The notes: generated by a model from the letters alone, not told the origin. Shown: positions 1-9,219, counted from the stretch's first letter. The stretch: DNA of 24,681 nucleotides from a virus (IMGVR_UViG_3300033067_000130:1-24681); one strand, 5' to 3'. Program-made: numbers and translations.

Positions 1-3000
1 CTCCCCACCCATGCGGACGAAGTACCGGCCCAGCGAGATTTCGGAGTACAGGTCGTTGAGGTACATCTCGTCGGCGGCGTCACCGGAGCAGACGAACTCC
101 AAGGTGTACTGCTGCTCGCCGTCTGGAATCTCAAAGAAGTCGGTGACGTATTCGTACCAGTAGCCCACGACGGGGGTGAAGGATTCCTCGTGGATGTAGA
201 TACCGTCGCTCAACCGGCGCAGCCGAATCTTGATTTCGTTGGTGTTGGCGACGGGCTTGTAGAAGATGCAGCCCAGCCGGAACAGACCGTGCGCGACGAA
301 GTTGAACCACTGCCGCACCTTCACGCCGGACTCGCCGCCTTGGTGGGCGCGGGTGAAGTGCAACACCCGCTTGCCCTGGAAGATGCGGTCGGGGTCCACG
401 TCAATCGCCACCTGGGCACGCGGGGCACCCCATGGAATGTTGGAGTCCGACCACTCCGCGATGGAGTCGTTCCACATGCCCGCCGGAATCTGGTCGGGGA
501 TGGTGGAGGTGTAGTACGCCAGCGCGGTGAAGCTGATGTTCTGGTCGGCCAGGTCTTGTCGAGCCCACATGTCGTTGGAGCGCACCAGGCCGGAGTCGCG
601 GAACTTGCACTTGAGCTTGGCGAAGGTCGAGGTCGTCAGGAAGTCCTTGTAGAGCGTGGACGCCACGGCGATGTCGGTGCCGCGATGCACCAGGATGCCG
701 GGAGAGGTGCCCACCAGCACGGTGTCGAACCAGACCTGTCCGGCGGTGGCATCTTCAGTGACCACCAGGGCCAGCCTCATCTGGTTGACGCCCTCGGGAA
801 TGACGAACGCGGTTCCCTCGGTCACGCTGGCTTCCACCGACGCCCAGTGATGGCTGTCGATCAGCGGAGTCTCGGCATCCCAGGTGAAGTAGGTCAGCCC
901 CACCGCCGTGCTGCTGACGAACACGCCGTTGAGGTAATACCACGCCTGCAGCTGGATGGCCGTGCTGCCATCGGTGGCGGCAAAGCCCTCCCACTGTGCC
1001 CAGACCGTGGAGTTCAGCGTGACGCCGGGTTCCACGTCGAAGCGGGTGGACAGCAACACCTTCTCGGTGCCGTCCGCGATGACGGTGGCTGAACCGGGAG
1101 CCCAGCGGTCGTGGGCAATGGAGCTTTCCCACATCCAATCGCCTTGGGCCTGAATCCAGCCGCCGATGTCGAGGTCGAAGGTGGGGTTGTCGATTTCGTA
1201 GAGCTTGTTGGCCGTAGTGACCGGCCCTGTATCCAGGGCGTCGCAGTTGGTCATCACCCACTGGCTGGAGTCGTAGTGGCTGAACGAGAACACCTCGGGG
1301 TCTTGCTCGTTGACGTGCGTGGTGACCATCGGGATCACTTCGCGCACCCCGGCGAAGTAGCCCACAGCGGCGTCGCGGATGGCCGTCTTGATGTCGTAGC
1401 GGTGCACGCAGGTCGTGGAGAACCGCAGCCGGGTCATGGTGGTGCCCTTTTTCGCCAGCTGGGTCTGCGTGCCCCCGGTGATGCCCTGCATCATACCAGC
1501 GGGCATCTTCAGTGTCCCGCCGGGGAACACCCACCAATCCGCGCCCTGTGTCGGCAATCCCGTCAAGGTGGTCGGCACGGTCAGCGCCGGGGTGAAGCCG
1601 TCCTTGACCGCATCGGCGGCAGGGCCGGTGGTCGCCGCAGTCTCGTTGAGAACCTGGGCTGCCAATACCTGGGCATTGCTCGGCGGGCGCTTGTAGATGA
1701 CCGGGGTCGCCAACTCCTGCCGGGACACGGTGAGGTTGAAGTCAGAGGCGTTGGGCAGGGAGGTCTGGTTGGTTCCCGGCCCAGTGATGACCGACGTGGG
1801 TGACTGCACCTGGCCGTAGGCAGAGTTGATCGCGGCGTTGACGGTGTAGGAGTTCAAGAAGTTGACCGAATTGGAGTTGGGGTTCACATCCCCACCCACG
1901 ACGAACTCCCCGCCGGGAGCCCACGGCGATTGCACGACGGTCTGGTAGACCGACACCGGGAACACCTCGTAGCTGGTCTGGATACCGGAGTCGTAGACCG
2001 GATACGGTTCCTCGGTCAACCGGCTGAACTCCAGCTTGAGGTATTTCAGGCTGGTCTGCTGGGGGAAGAACAGCTTGCCCTTGGTGGTCAGGTAGTTCTT
2101 CCAGATCGGGGTCCAGGTCTTGTTCTCATACCGGCTCTCATGGTCGCCGCCGGTCCCATGCTCCTGGGCGGTCCAGGCCGCAGCGTAGATCGCGTTGTCC
2201 AGGCTGCTGGACGGGATCACGCCGTTGACCGGCAGCACCGGGTCTGGCGACACGTAGACGGCGGGGTTGGCCTGGAACGGCCCCCGGCCCGTCAGCCAGT
2301 TCTCCAGCTTGATGACATACGCGGTCAGCAGGCCACGGAAGTTGGTCATGCCGATAGTGCCGTCCAGGCTGATCTTCGTCGGCAGGTCGGTGATGTGTTC
2401 TTGGAACAGGCCGATTTCCACGCTGGCAGCGGTCCTGACGCTGATGAGCAGGTTCATCGGGCTGTAGCCCCAGCCCACCACGATGCGCAGCGACTGATAG
2501 CGCTTGAACACCGGAGACAGCGGGCAGTTGTAGACCTGGGTGTCATCCCCGTTGGTGAACTCCACGACAAGCTCGCCCGCACCCACGTCGTAGGAAATCT
2601 TGGGCCACCACAGGTCGGGGTCTGCCCCCGCCGGGGGCGTCACGTTGAACAGCACCGGGTTCTCGGGCGGGGCCAAGCCGGGGTTGAAGTCCGGCGTCCA
2701 CTCAATGCCGATCCAGGCGTCCTGTTCGATCAACGGCCCCCAGGCCATGGGGAACTGGTAGTCGCTGTCGGACTCGGGTGCCACGGAGTCGATGTAGTCG
2801 ATGGTGTTGTCGGTGTTGAACACCAGCCGCCCCGCGCTGGACGAGTCCCACCGGCCCTTGCCCTGCTGCCAGGACGTGTTGACATCGGTGGTGGACACCG
2901 CCGCTACCGGCGAGAGCTTGAGCGTGCCCTGTGTCTCGTCGTTGGAGTAGTAGAGGTTCAAGTCCTGGCCGGTGTAGACCGGGTCGAGGTAGAGGGTGTC

Positions 3001-5964
3001 CACCAGCTGGGCATTGCCATTGGCGTCGCGGCAGTCCAGGTACAGCGACACCACCGCAGCCGGGTCCGGCATCGGCATGGAGCGCCAGTACGTCCTGGGG
3101 TCGGAGTCAAACGCCTTGGCCGCGTCCCAGTCCTTGATGTAGGACGTGATGACGTTGCCCAGTGCGTCCTGCTGATCGTCCAGCGCCTGGGCACCGGAGT
3201 TGCGGTCATAGATGTTGCGCCGGATCAGCCCGTTGCGCATGCCTACCGGGTAGGGCGCGTTGCCGGTGATGGAGTCCGGCACGCGGGTGAACCGCCACTG
3301 CAGCGACTTCGCCACGATGGGGTAGACGAAGAAGTGCGCCGGGTACCACGTGGTGCTTTGGCTGCCGGACAGCTTGAGGCTCACCGGGATACGGGCCTCG
3401 TCCAGCACCTGTCGCCAGTTGTTGAGCCGGTCGAGGTACCAGAGTTCGATCTTCACCGGCACGCGCAGAGTCTCAAAGCCCACCTCGCTGACCGACAGCG
3501 GGAGCTTGAAGTTGACCTGCAGCACCTCGGTTTCGTTCTTGAACTGCCAGTGCGCCAGCTGGTCGGCACTCACCGTGTCGGCCACGCCGTGGAGGTAGTT
3601 CAGCGCGATCTGGTAGCTCGTCAGCCCCCGCTGGGGGTCGCCTGGTGGGGGAGCCACCGGGTACTGAGTGTGTTCGCCGGACCCGGCCATCACCTCGCGT
3701 AGCTCGGAGATGATGCCCCAGTAGTCACCGCCCGCTGCCCAGCCGTGGGAGAAGTTGTTGTTCAGCTGATCCAGCGTGAGCAGCCCTCCGGTGTAGTGAC
3801 CGAACAACTGCCACATCAGGGTCTGGGCATCCACGCCGGTCGCGGAGTCGCCTACGGAGGACACGATGTCATCGACGTTGGTGAAGTCCCACCAGAAGGC
3901 GTCCGGCGCTACCAGCCGGTCCTCCATGGGGAACATGCCGTGGCCGCGCCGGGTGGAGCCGGGGATGTCCCAGGCACCGGAGTAACGGCTTCCCGGCCAG
4001 GTGTGGTCGATGGTCCGCATCGGGTTGCCGAAGGTCACCCCAGCCACCAGATCGGGTTTGCGGCTCTTGAGCCGACCGAACCGGATTTCGTTGTAGACGA
4101 TGCTCACTACCAGCGCGCCCATGGAGAAGCCGCCCAGCGCGAACTTGGTTCCCGGCGCAGTCGCTTCGATCTGCGCGATGACCTCGTTGACACCGTTGTT
4201 GACGCTGGCCTGCACCGGCCATGCCGACTCGTTCCAGCGCACCCGGCGAATGTCCCAGCGCGAGGGGTCCACCAGGGTGGGGAACGGGTCGCCCTTGGCC
4301 GTGCCGTCCCACTCGGCTCCGTAGCCGGTTTCCAGTGGCTCCAGCGAGGGGTAGTCCGGCACCGTCATGGACTCGGGGAACAGGTAGGCCGCGATCCGGT
4401 GGAACATCCGCGAGTAGACGTTGATGTTGGTGGTCTGCGCGTTCTCCAGCGCGGCGATGACCGTGCCGGACTTCTCATGGGCGAACACGCTGGCGCAGAA
4501 GGCTGGGGCTGAGCCGACATGGCCGACCCACTGGCCGAAGCTGATAGTGCCCAGCCCGTAGCCGAACACGCCAGGGCCACCGTCGATCTGCTGCTCCACG
4601 ATGGTGCGCCAGACGTTGAGCCGCAGTGCCTGCATGGCCGGGGAGAGCAGGGAACCGTCGCGGATTTCCCGGCCCCACTTCTCCATGTCGCCCACGGTGG
4701 AGGACAGCGCGCCAGCCGCCCCGAAGTATTCAGGGTTGAAGGTGCTGTAGGCGGCGGTGGGCTCGGGCATGTTGGAGTTGTCCGGCCACACGGTGCTGTC
4801 CAGCCCCAGCGGGTCGATGATGTCCTGCTCAAGAATCTGCCGGACGGTGCGACTGGTGCCATGCTCGGCGTCGAGGGCTTCCAGCACCGCTCCCAGCACG
4901 ATGGCGTTGGAGTTGTTGTACTCATAGCGCGAACCCGGCTGCCACTTAGGGGCATAGCTGCGGATGTAGGACAGGGCTGCAGCCTCGGAGTACCCGGCCC
5001 ATGGGTACCAGTAGAACGTCCAGTTGAGCCAGAAGTCAGCGGAGTAGTCCACCAGGCCAGACCGCTGCATCAGCAAGTCCTCAATGGTGAGGATGTCGCC
5101 GCCGGGGATGTCCTCCAGATACAGGCTCACCGGGTCGTGCAGGCTGATGTGTCCGGCATCGACGTGCTGCAGCAGCGCGGTCGCCACAAAGCTGAACGTG
5201 ATGCCGCCGATGCGGAAGTGGTCATCGGCGGTCAGGGCGCGATAGCCGTTGTGGCCGTAGGACTTGGTGTAGGTGCCACGCGGGCCGGTGATCTTCAGGT
5301 TGACACCCGCCGACTGCATGGTCGCCGCCACGATGGAGTCGATGGCAGCCTTGTCGGTGGCCGACATTTCGATGTCGGCGTAGCTGTAGTCCGGCACCTC
5401 CACGGTCTTGGCCTCGGACTGCTCCGACTCCACGCCGGAAGCGTTGACGGCAGTCGCAGTCAGCGAGTAGGTGTTCCCCGGCGTGACCTGGAAGGCGAAC
5501 CCCGGCAGCTTCTGCGGGTACACCGTCGCCCTGACGCCATTGAGGTAGAAGTGGAAGCCATAGACGCCCGCCGAATTGCTCTGAGAGGGCTCGGCAACCA
5601 CAGAGATACGTCCTGGGGCAACGGAGTTGACCACCAGGACCGGGGCCAATGCAGCGGCCTCATTGCTCACACCGCGCACCCATACCGGCTTGGCGAACGG
5701 AGCGGTCGAGCCCAACCCCAGCCGGTCGAACAGATAGCCGGTCGGGCTGGCGTAGAAGAAGACCGGCTTGTCTTCCAACGGGGGCGGTCCACCATCGACC
5801 GCAGAGCGCGGCTGACTGAGCCACTGCCGGGTCGCAGTGGGGGTCAACACCTGGGGCGTGTTGGGGTCGTTCTGGTTGTTCTGGATGACGCTCTCAATGA
5901 GCCGCTTGAGGCCAAGCGGAATGGAGAAGTCCCAGTACATCCCATCAGTGGGAGAGGAAGCCAT
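1..5964 (-). CDS. Giant multidomain baseplate/minor tail protein (>1988 aa, 3' end outside window)
   Basis: ATG at 5964, 12 nt after the stop of the upstream gene. Hand translation MASSPTDGMYWDFSIPLGLKRLIESVIQ... stays open to position 1 (...SEISLGRYFVRMGGE) with strong GC3 bias. Absent from the ORF track, presumably because it has no stop in the window. Confidence 0.92.
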   Translation of the reverse strand, partial: MASSPTDGMYWDFSIPLGLKRLIESVIQNNQNDPNTPQVLTPTATRQWLSQPRSAVDGGPPPLEDKPVFFYASPTGYLFDRLGLGSTAPFAKPVWVRGVSNEAAALAPVLVVNSVAPGRISVVAEPSQSNSAGVYGFHFYLNGVRATVYPQKLPGFAFQVTPGNTYSLTATAVNASGVESEQSEAKTVEVPDYSYADIEMSATDKAAIDSIVAATMQSAGVNLKITGPRGTYTKSYGHNGYRALTADDHFRIGGITFSFVATALLQHVDAGHISLHDPVSLYLEDIPGGDILTIEDLLMQRSGLVDYSADFWLNWTFYWYPWAGYSEAAALSYIRSYAPKWQPGSRYEYNNSNAIVLGAVLEALDAEHGTSRTVRQILEQDIIDPLGLDSTVWPDNSNMPEPTAAYSTFNPEYFGAAGALSSTVGDMEKWGREIRDGSLLSPAMQALRLNVWRTIVEQQIDGGPGVFGYGLGTISFGQWVGHVGSAPAFCASVFAHEKSGTVIAALENAQTTNINVYSRMFHRIAAYLFPESMTVPDYPSLEPLETGYGAEWDGTAKGDPFPTLVDPSRWDIRRVRWNESAWPVQASVNNGVNEVIAQIEATAPGTKFALGGFSMGALVVSIVYNEIRFGRLKSRKPDLVAGVTFGNPMRTIDHTWPGSRYSGAWDIPGSTRRGHGMFPMEDRLVAPDAFWWDFTNVDDIVSSVGDSATGVDAQTLMWQLFGHYTGGLLTLDQLNNNFSHGWAAGGDYWGIISELREVMAGSGEHTQYPVAPPPGDPQRGLTSYQIALNYLHGVADTVSADQLAHWQFKNETEVLQVNFKLPLSVSEVGFETLRVPVKIELWYLDRLNNWRQVLDEARIPVSLKLSGSQSTTWYPAHFFVYPIVAKSLQWRFTRVPDSITGNAPYPVGMRNGLIRRNIYDRNSGAQALDDQQDALGNVITSYIKDWDAAKAFDSDPRTYWRSMPMPDPAAVVSLYLDCRDANGNAQLVDTLYLDPVYTGQDLNLYYSNDETQGTLKLSPVAAVSTTDVNTSWQQGKGRWDSSSAGRLVFNTDNTIDYIDSVAPESDSDYQFPMAWGPLIEQDAWIGIEWTPDFNPGLAPPENPVLFNVTPPAGADPDLWWPKISYDVGAGELVVEFTNGDDTQVYNCPLSPVFKRYQSLRIVVGWGYSPMNLLISVRTAASVEIGLFQEHITDLPTKISLDGTIGMTNFRGLLTAYVIKLENWLTGRGPFQANPAVYVSPDPVLPVNGVIPSSSLDNAIYAAAWTAQEHGTGGDHESRYENKTWTPIWKNYLTTKGKLFFPQQTSLKYLKLEFSRLTEEPYPVYDSGIQTSYEVFPVSVYQTVVQSPWAPGGEFVVGGDVNPNSNSVNFLNSYTVNAAINSAYGQVQSPTSVITGPGTNQTSLPNASDFNLTVSRQELATPVIYKRPPSNAQVLAAQVLNETAATTGPAADAVKDGFTPALTVPTTLTGLPTQGADWWVFPGGTLKMPAGMMQGITGGTQTQLAKKGTTMTRLRFSTTCVHRYDIKTAIRDAAVGYFAGVREVIPMVTTHVNEQDPEVFSFSHYDSSQWVMTNCDALDTGPVTTANKLYEIDNPTFDLDIGGWIQAQGDWMWESSIAHDRWAPGSATVIADGTEKVLLSTRFDVEPGVTLNSTVWAQWEGFAATDGSTAIQLQAWYYLNGVFVSSTAVGLTYFTWDAETPLIDSHHWASVEASVTEGTAFVIPEGVNQMRLALVVTEDATAGQVWFDTVLVGTSPGILVHRGTDIAVASTLYKDFLTTSTFAKLKCKFRDSGLVRSNDMWARQDLADQNISFTALAYYTSTIPDQIPAGMWNDSIAEWSDSNIPWGAPRAQVAIDVDPDRIFQGKRVLHFTRAHQGGESGVKVRQWFNFVAHGLFRLGCIFYKPVANTNEIKIRLRRLSDGIYIHEESFTPVVGYWYEYVTDFFEIPDGEQQYTLEFVCSGDAADEMYLNDLYSEISLGRYFVRMGGE
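718..1194 (-). other. CBM4/9-like (galactose-binding-like) domain in the giant protein
   Basis: Pattern IDNPTFDLDIGGW...FDVEPGVTLNSTVWAQW...FVIPEGVNQMRLALVV...GQVWFDTV matches the NPxFE..W...VWFDDV jelly-roll signature. Confidence 0.65.
3586..4272 (-). other. LysB/cutinase-like alpha/beta-hydrolase domain (main body) in the giant protein
   Basis: WPVQASVNNGVNEVIAQIE; nucleophile elbow GFSMG (Ser codon 4123-4125); VTFGNPMR; DFTNVDDIVS (candidate Asp 3868-3870); GEHTQY (candidate His 3670-3672). Collinear with the motifs of mycobacteriophage D29 LysB as I recall them. Confidence 0.85.
4375..5367 (-). other. Serine beta-lactamase/D-Ala-D-Ala carboxypeptidase-fold domain, catalytically degenerate
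   Basis: DDHFRIGGITFSFVATALLQ (canonical FRIGSxTKxF), LTIEDLLMQRSGL, PGSRYEYNNSNAIVLG (YxN), GAAGALSSTVGDMEKW, YGLG, GHVG (HxG). Confidence 0.88.
5392..5649 (-). other. Fibronectin type III-like domain in the giant protein
   Basis: GVYGFHFYLNG...VTPGNTYSLTATAVNASGVESEQS matches the FN3 LxPGTxYxVxVxAxNxxGxS motif. Confidence 0.75.
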
Positions 5965-5976
5965 GTTCAGAGCCCT

Positions 5977-7452
5977 TTAGGTGTGGACGAAGTTGACGGG
6001 ATCGCGGATTTCCGGCGAGCTTTGACCCACGCGATTGCGGGTCAGGCTGGCGCTCACTGTGGAGTCCTTGGCTGGGGGGAAGGCGGCAATGGCGTAGTCG
6101 GGGGTGAAGGTGCGCGGGACGGCGTTGGGCTGCTGAATGGGCAGACTGTAGCCTTCCTCGTCGGCGGTGCCACCGATGTAGAGAACCTCGGCCATGCGTT
6201 CGATGACGTAGTTCTCCTGGCTGTCGTACTGGAAGTGGTACGGGCTGCCATCGGGGTTCAGCGCGGGCTCGTAGCTCGGGTGGATGCCGAACTTGCCACC
6301 GGGGAAGTTGTCTGGCGAGTCAGCCTTGTCGTATGCCTGCCGGGGTCCGTAGTGGCCGGTGGAGTCGAACAGCTGAAAGTCGTTCTCGGGCTTGATAGTT
6401 CCATCGTCGTTCAGCGTCCCGTAGGTCACGGAGTCGATGGGGCTGCGCTTGCCACCGCCGGTCAGATAGTAGTACGAGTACTCGGCGGTGATATTGAACG
6501 CAGCATAGGGCGCAAGCCGGGGGTCTGCTTGTGCGTCGTAAAGCCATGTCTCCGTTGGCAATAGGTCGATGGGCAGCAGTTCCGGTGGGGGCATCTGAGC
6601 CAGGACCGGAGTGGCGGTCACCATCCGTTGCACTTCAAAGTAGGTCGAGTTGGCAGCTGCGGCATTGACCTTCACCGGACTCGCCACAGCCAGACCATCG
6701 GCAGCAACGGTGATGATGCTGTCCACGGAGGTCATCTTGTCGAGCATGTCCCGCGTCAGCCGGATTTCCTCGGGGGCCAGCGACGCCTTGTGGGGCCGGA
6801 TCACCACCTCGTTGCGCGGTCTGATGATGCGGAACTCCCACGCGCCGGGGTCAGGACGCCCGGTAATGAATGTTTCGGCCTCACCGGCAGTGGGGAAGAA
6901 CCGCCACATGTCGTGGGCAGCGTTGTGCGCGGCGTAGTTGGGAGCCACCGGGGCTCGGCCCAGGTCAGCTACCAGGCCGAAGTTGTCGATGTAGCGCCAC
7001 ACCTCGTAGATGTCGCAGTCCACGCCCAAGGCCGCTTCCACACAGGTGCGGACGCCCTCCATAGTCCCGCCCTTGGTGGCGGCGGTGAAGAACTTCCTGA
7101 TCCGGTCCCGGTACCAGGAATCCTTGATGCGGACAACATCCCACTGCTCAGAGGTGAGTAGGTCGGTCTGCGGGTTCCAGGGGTAGGACTCAGCCGGGGA
7201 GCGCGAGAGGAAGTTGACCTTGCCGAAGATGAAGTCGAGGTCGTTGAAGTAGATCGTTTCCAGCGCACCGGCCATGCGCGCCAAGAAGATTTGGTTGATG
7301 AGCGCCCCGGCCCCGGTCGTGCCGCAGAGCGCATCCACCAGCTTGTAGAGGATGGTCGAGGTGTTGCCGGTGTAGACGTACTCATCGAAATGCATCAGCC
7401 GAAGCTCGGTGGATTTCGGCGGCATCAGGGGGAACGGCTCAATGCTCGCCAC
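5977..7452 (-). CDS. Baseplate wedge-type structural protein (491 aa)
   Basis: GTG start with AAGGGAGGG SD. LDFIFG...YRDRIRKFFTAATKGGTMEGVRTCVEAALG resembles the P2 gpI-like wedge motif. Lies directly after baseplate J. Confidence 0.75.
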   Translation of the reverse strand: MASIEPFPLMPPKSTELRLMHFDEYVYTGNTSTILYKLVDALCGTTGAGALINQIFLARMAGALETIYFNDLDFIFGKVNFLSRSPAESYPWNPQTDLLTSEQWDVVRIKDSWYRDRIRKFFTAATKGGTMEGVRTCVEAALGVDCDIYEVWRYIDNFGLVADLGRAPVAPNYAAHNAAHDMWRFFPTAGEAETFITGRPDPGAWEFRIIRPRNEVVIRPHKASLAPEEIRLTRDMLDKMTSVDSIITVAADGLAVASPVKVNAAAANSTYFEVQRMVTATPVLAQMPPPELLPIDLLPTETWLYDAQADPRLAPYAAFNITAEYSYYYLTGGGKRSPIDSVTYGTLNDDGTIKPENDFQLFDSTGHYGPRQAYDKADSPDNFPGGKFGIHPSYEPALNPDGSPYHFQYDSQENYVIERMAEVLYIGGTADEEGYSLPIQQPNAVPRTFTPDYAIAAFPPAKDSTVSASLTRNRVGQSSPEIRDPVNFVHT

Positions 7453-7479
7453 GGTGCCCTCCCTTCAGAGTCAGTGGGG

Positions 7480-9219
7480 TCATGGTGTCGCCACGCGCTT
7501 GATGAGGACGCCCTGGTAGTTCGCCAGCTGATTGTCGTCCAGCTTGAAGTCGGTCGTTTCCACCACCGCCGGGGTCGGGTCGAGGGAGTTGGCGTAAATC
7601 TGCACGCCGTAGTTGACCGGATCGTCGCTGGCGTCGGTGATCTTCACGTCCACCACGCCCAGCACCTGTTGGACGAACATGCATAGCGTGCCCAGCTTGA
7701 CCTGGGAGCCGAACGGCATCATGGAGAAGTAGGTCTGCAGCCGGTTGACGATAGAGGTGTTGACCACGCTCACGGAGTAGGAGCGGTCGTATTCGATGGT
7801 CAGGCAGGGCTGGACGTAGACGAACTCGCCCTGGTGCACCAGCACGTCGCTGGTGATCTGCTTGGCGCGGCCCATGACGGCGTTGAGCAGTTCCGGCGTG
7901 CGGTTGTAGACGTAGTCCAGGCTCAACTCCGTGCCGGTCGGCGGGCCAGCCACCGTCCACTCAATGCCGGAAGTCTCCTGATGGGTTCCGGCGATCAGCG
8001 TGGTGTCCTGCAGGACGTGGTAGTGGGTGCCTCGGGCGTAGACCACCCCGGTAATGGTCAGCGAGGACGGGAAGCTCACCAGGGGCGTGGAGCCTAGCCG
8101 CATGAAGCGGTTGCCCACCGTGGGCTCACCGGCTGATCCCACCCGCCGGAAGTTGCCGGTGTAGAGCGGGTCGGTGGAGTCGGAGGACAGCACTGCCGAC
8201 GTGATGACGCTGGCCTCGCGCACGGAGTAGGGGGCGATGCCGTCTACGAAGATGTCCACCTTGTTGGTGATGCCATTGACCGGATCATTGCGGGAGGACT
8301 TGGTGGTGTACTGGAACTCCAAGTCCACCACGGAGCCCACCTCCATGGCGTCGCTGATGCGGGTGATGGACGGCGAGGTGCCCCCGGTGAAGGTGTAGTC
8401 GTCCACCGGGCTGTAGAACACCTCGCTCTCCTGGCCCAGGTCCGCGAACACACTGGCCTGCCCCGGCCAGGCGTACTTCACGTCCTGGTTGACCGGCAGG
8501 GTCAGCGCGGTGTCGGGCACCTCAAACTGCGTGGAGTACAGCCGGACTGGGCCGAACACCGTCACCCGGCTCACGGAGTCGTTCTGCTGGCACAGTGCCT
8601 CGTAGAAGTCCGACGTGCCCGCCACGTTGCGCAGCAGGGTGTCCTTGAACCGCTGGCGTAGCTCGGCGTCAGTCTCCTTGTCCACACCGCCCGTCATGGC
8701 CGTCTGGTTGGTGCACGACGAGCCGCCGACCATGTTGCCGACGTAGGTGATGGAGTCCGGCGGCAGGTTGCCCTGCGTGCCCACCACGGTGCACTGGACC
8801 GGGATGTCGCAGGCGCTGGTCCCGGCCACCAGCACCACCGACTGCGTGGATGAGAAGTACATCTGATTGGTCATCCCCGCGAGCCCCTGCGAGGTGTAGA
8901 ACTGCGTGCCCGCCGGGAAGCTCTGATCCTGAGTGCTGACCGCGTTCGTCGTCACGCGCATGATGCCGGTCGAGGGCTTACCGGCCAGCCGTCCGAATCC
9001 GAAGATGCCGACGAAGGCTTCTAACTCCAGCCCGGTCTTGGTGTCGATGTCCAGCAGCGAGCCGACGAGGTACTGGTCGATATACGCCTCGGAGATGGCC
9101 TCGGAGGTGGCGTCGATGATCTTGCGCTCGGGCGTGCCGATTTCGCAGGACAGGCCAGGGATGGTCGTCGCCAGCGTGGCTCGGATTTGGGCGCTGATGT
9201 CAGTGGGTGACTTGCTCAT
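7480..9219 (-). CDS. Baseplate J-like protein (579 aa)
   Basis: Start moved to MSKSPTD at 9219, 2 nt after the upstream stop. Motifs GLELEAFVGIFGFGRLAG, VQCTVVGTQGN and TGGVDKETDAELRQR are Baseplate_J hallmarks. Confidence 0.93.
   Translation of the reverse strand: MSKSPTDISAQIRATLATTIPGLSCEIGTPERKIIDATSEAISEAYIDQYLVGSLLDIDTKTGLELEAFVGIFGFGRLAGKPSTGIMRVTTNAVSTQDQSFPAGTQFYTSQGLAGMTNQMYFSSTQSVVLVAGTSACDIPVQCTVVGTQGNLPPDSITYVGNMVGGSSCTNQTAMTGGVDKETDAELRQRFKDTLLRNVAGTSDFYEALCQQNDSVSRVTVFGPVRLYSTQFEVPDTALTLPVNQDVKYAWPGQASVFADLGQESEVFYSPVDDYTFTGGTSPSITRISDAMEVGSVVDLEFQYTTKSSRNDPVNGITNKVDIFVDGIAPYSVREASVITSAVLSSDSTDPLYTGNFRRVGSAGEPTVGNRFMRLGSTPLVSFPSSLTITGVVYARGTHYHVLQDTTLIAGTHQETSGIEWTVAGPPTGTELSLDYVYNRTPELLNAVMGRAKQITSDVLVHQGEFVYVQPCLTIEYDRSYSVSVVNTSIVNRLQTYFSMMPFGSQVKLGTLCMFVQQVLGVVDVKITDASDDPVNYGVQIYANSLDPTPAVVETTDFKLDDNQLANYQGVLIKRVATP

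Noticed and set aside
4375-5367. Beta-lactam resistance gene
   Set aside because: It is a domain of a virion protein and lacks both the catalytic Ser and Lys.
3534-5823. Intein as the explanation for the inserted block
   Set aside because: No N-terminal Cys/Ser splicing block, no C-terminal HN-C/S/T and no LAGLIDADG motifs were seen.
190-6564. Long plus-strand ORFs (190-1092, 1111-1803, 1930-3702, 3745-4512, 4519-6564) and similar ones further on (12619-13851, 15443-18112, 18779-20107, 21602-22780, 23135-24205)
   Set aside because: They are antisense shadows of high-GC3 minus-strand genes, with V/G/H/R-rich composition, no motifs and no fit to the operon.
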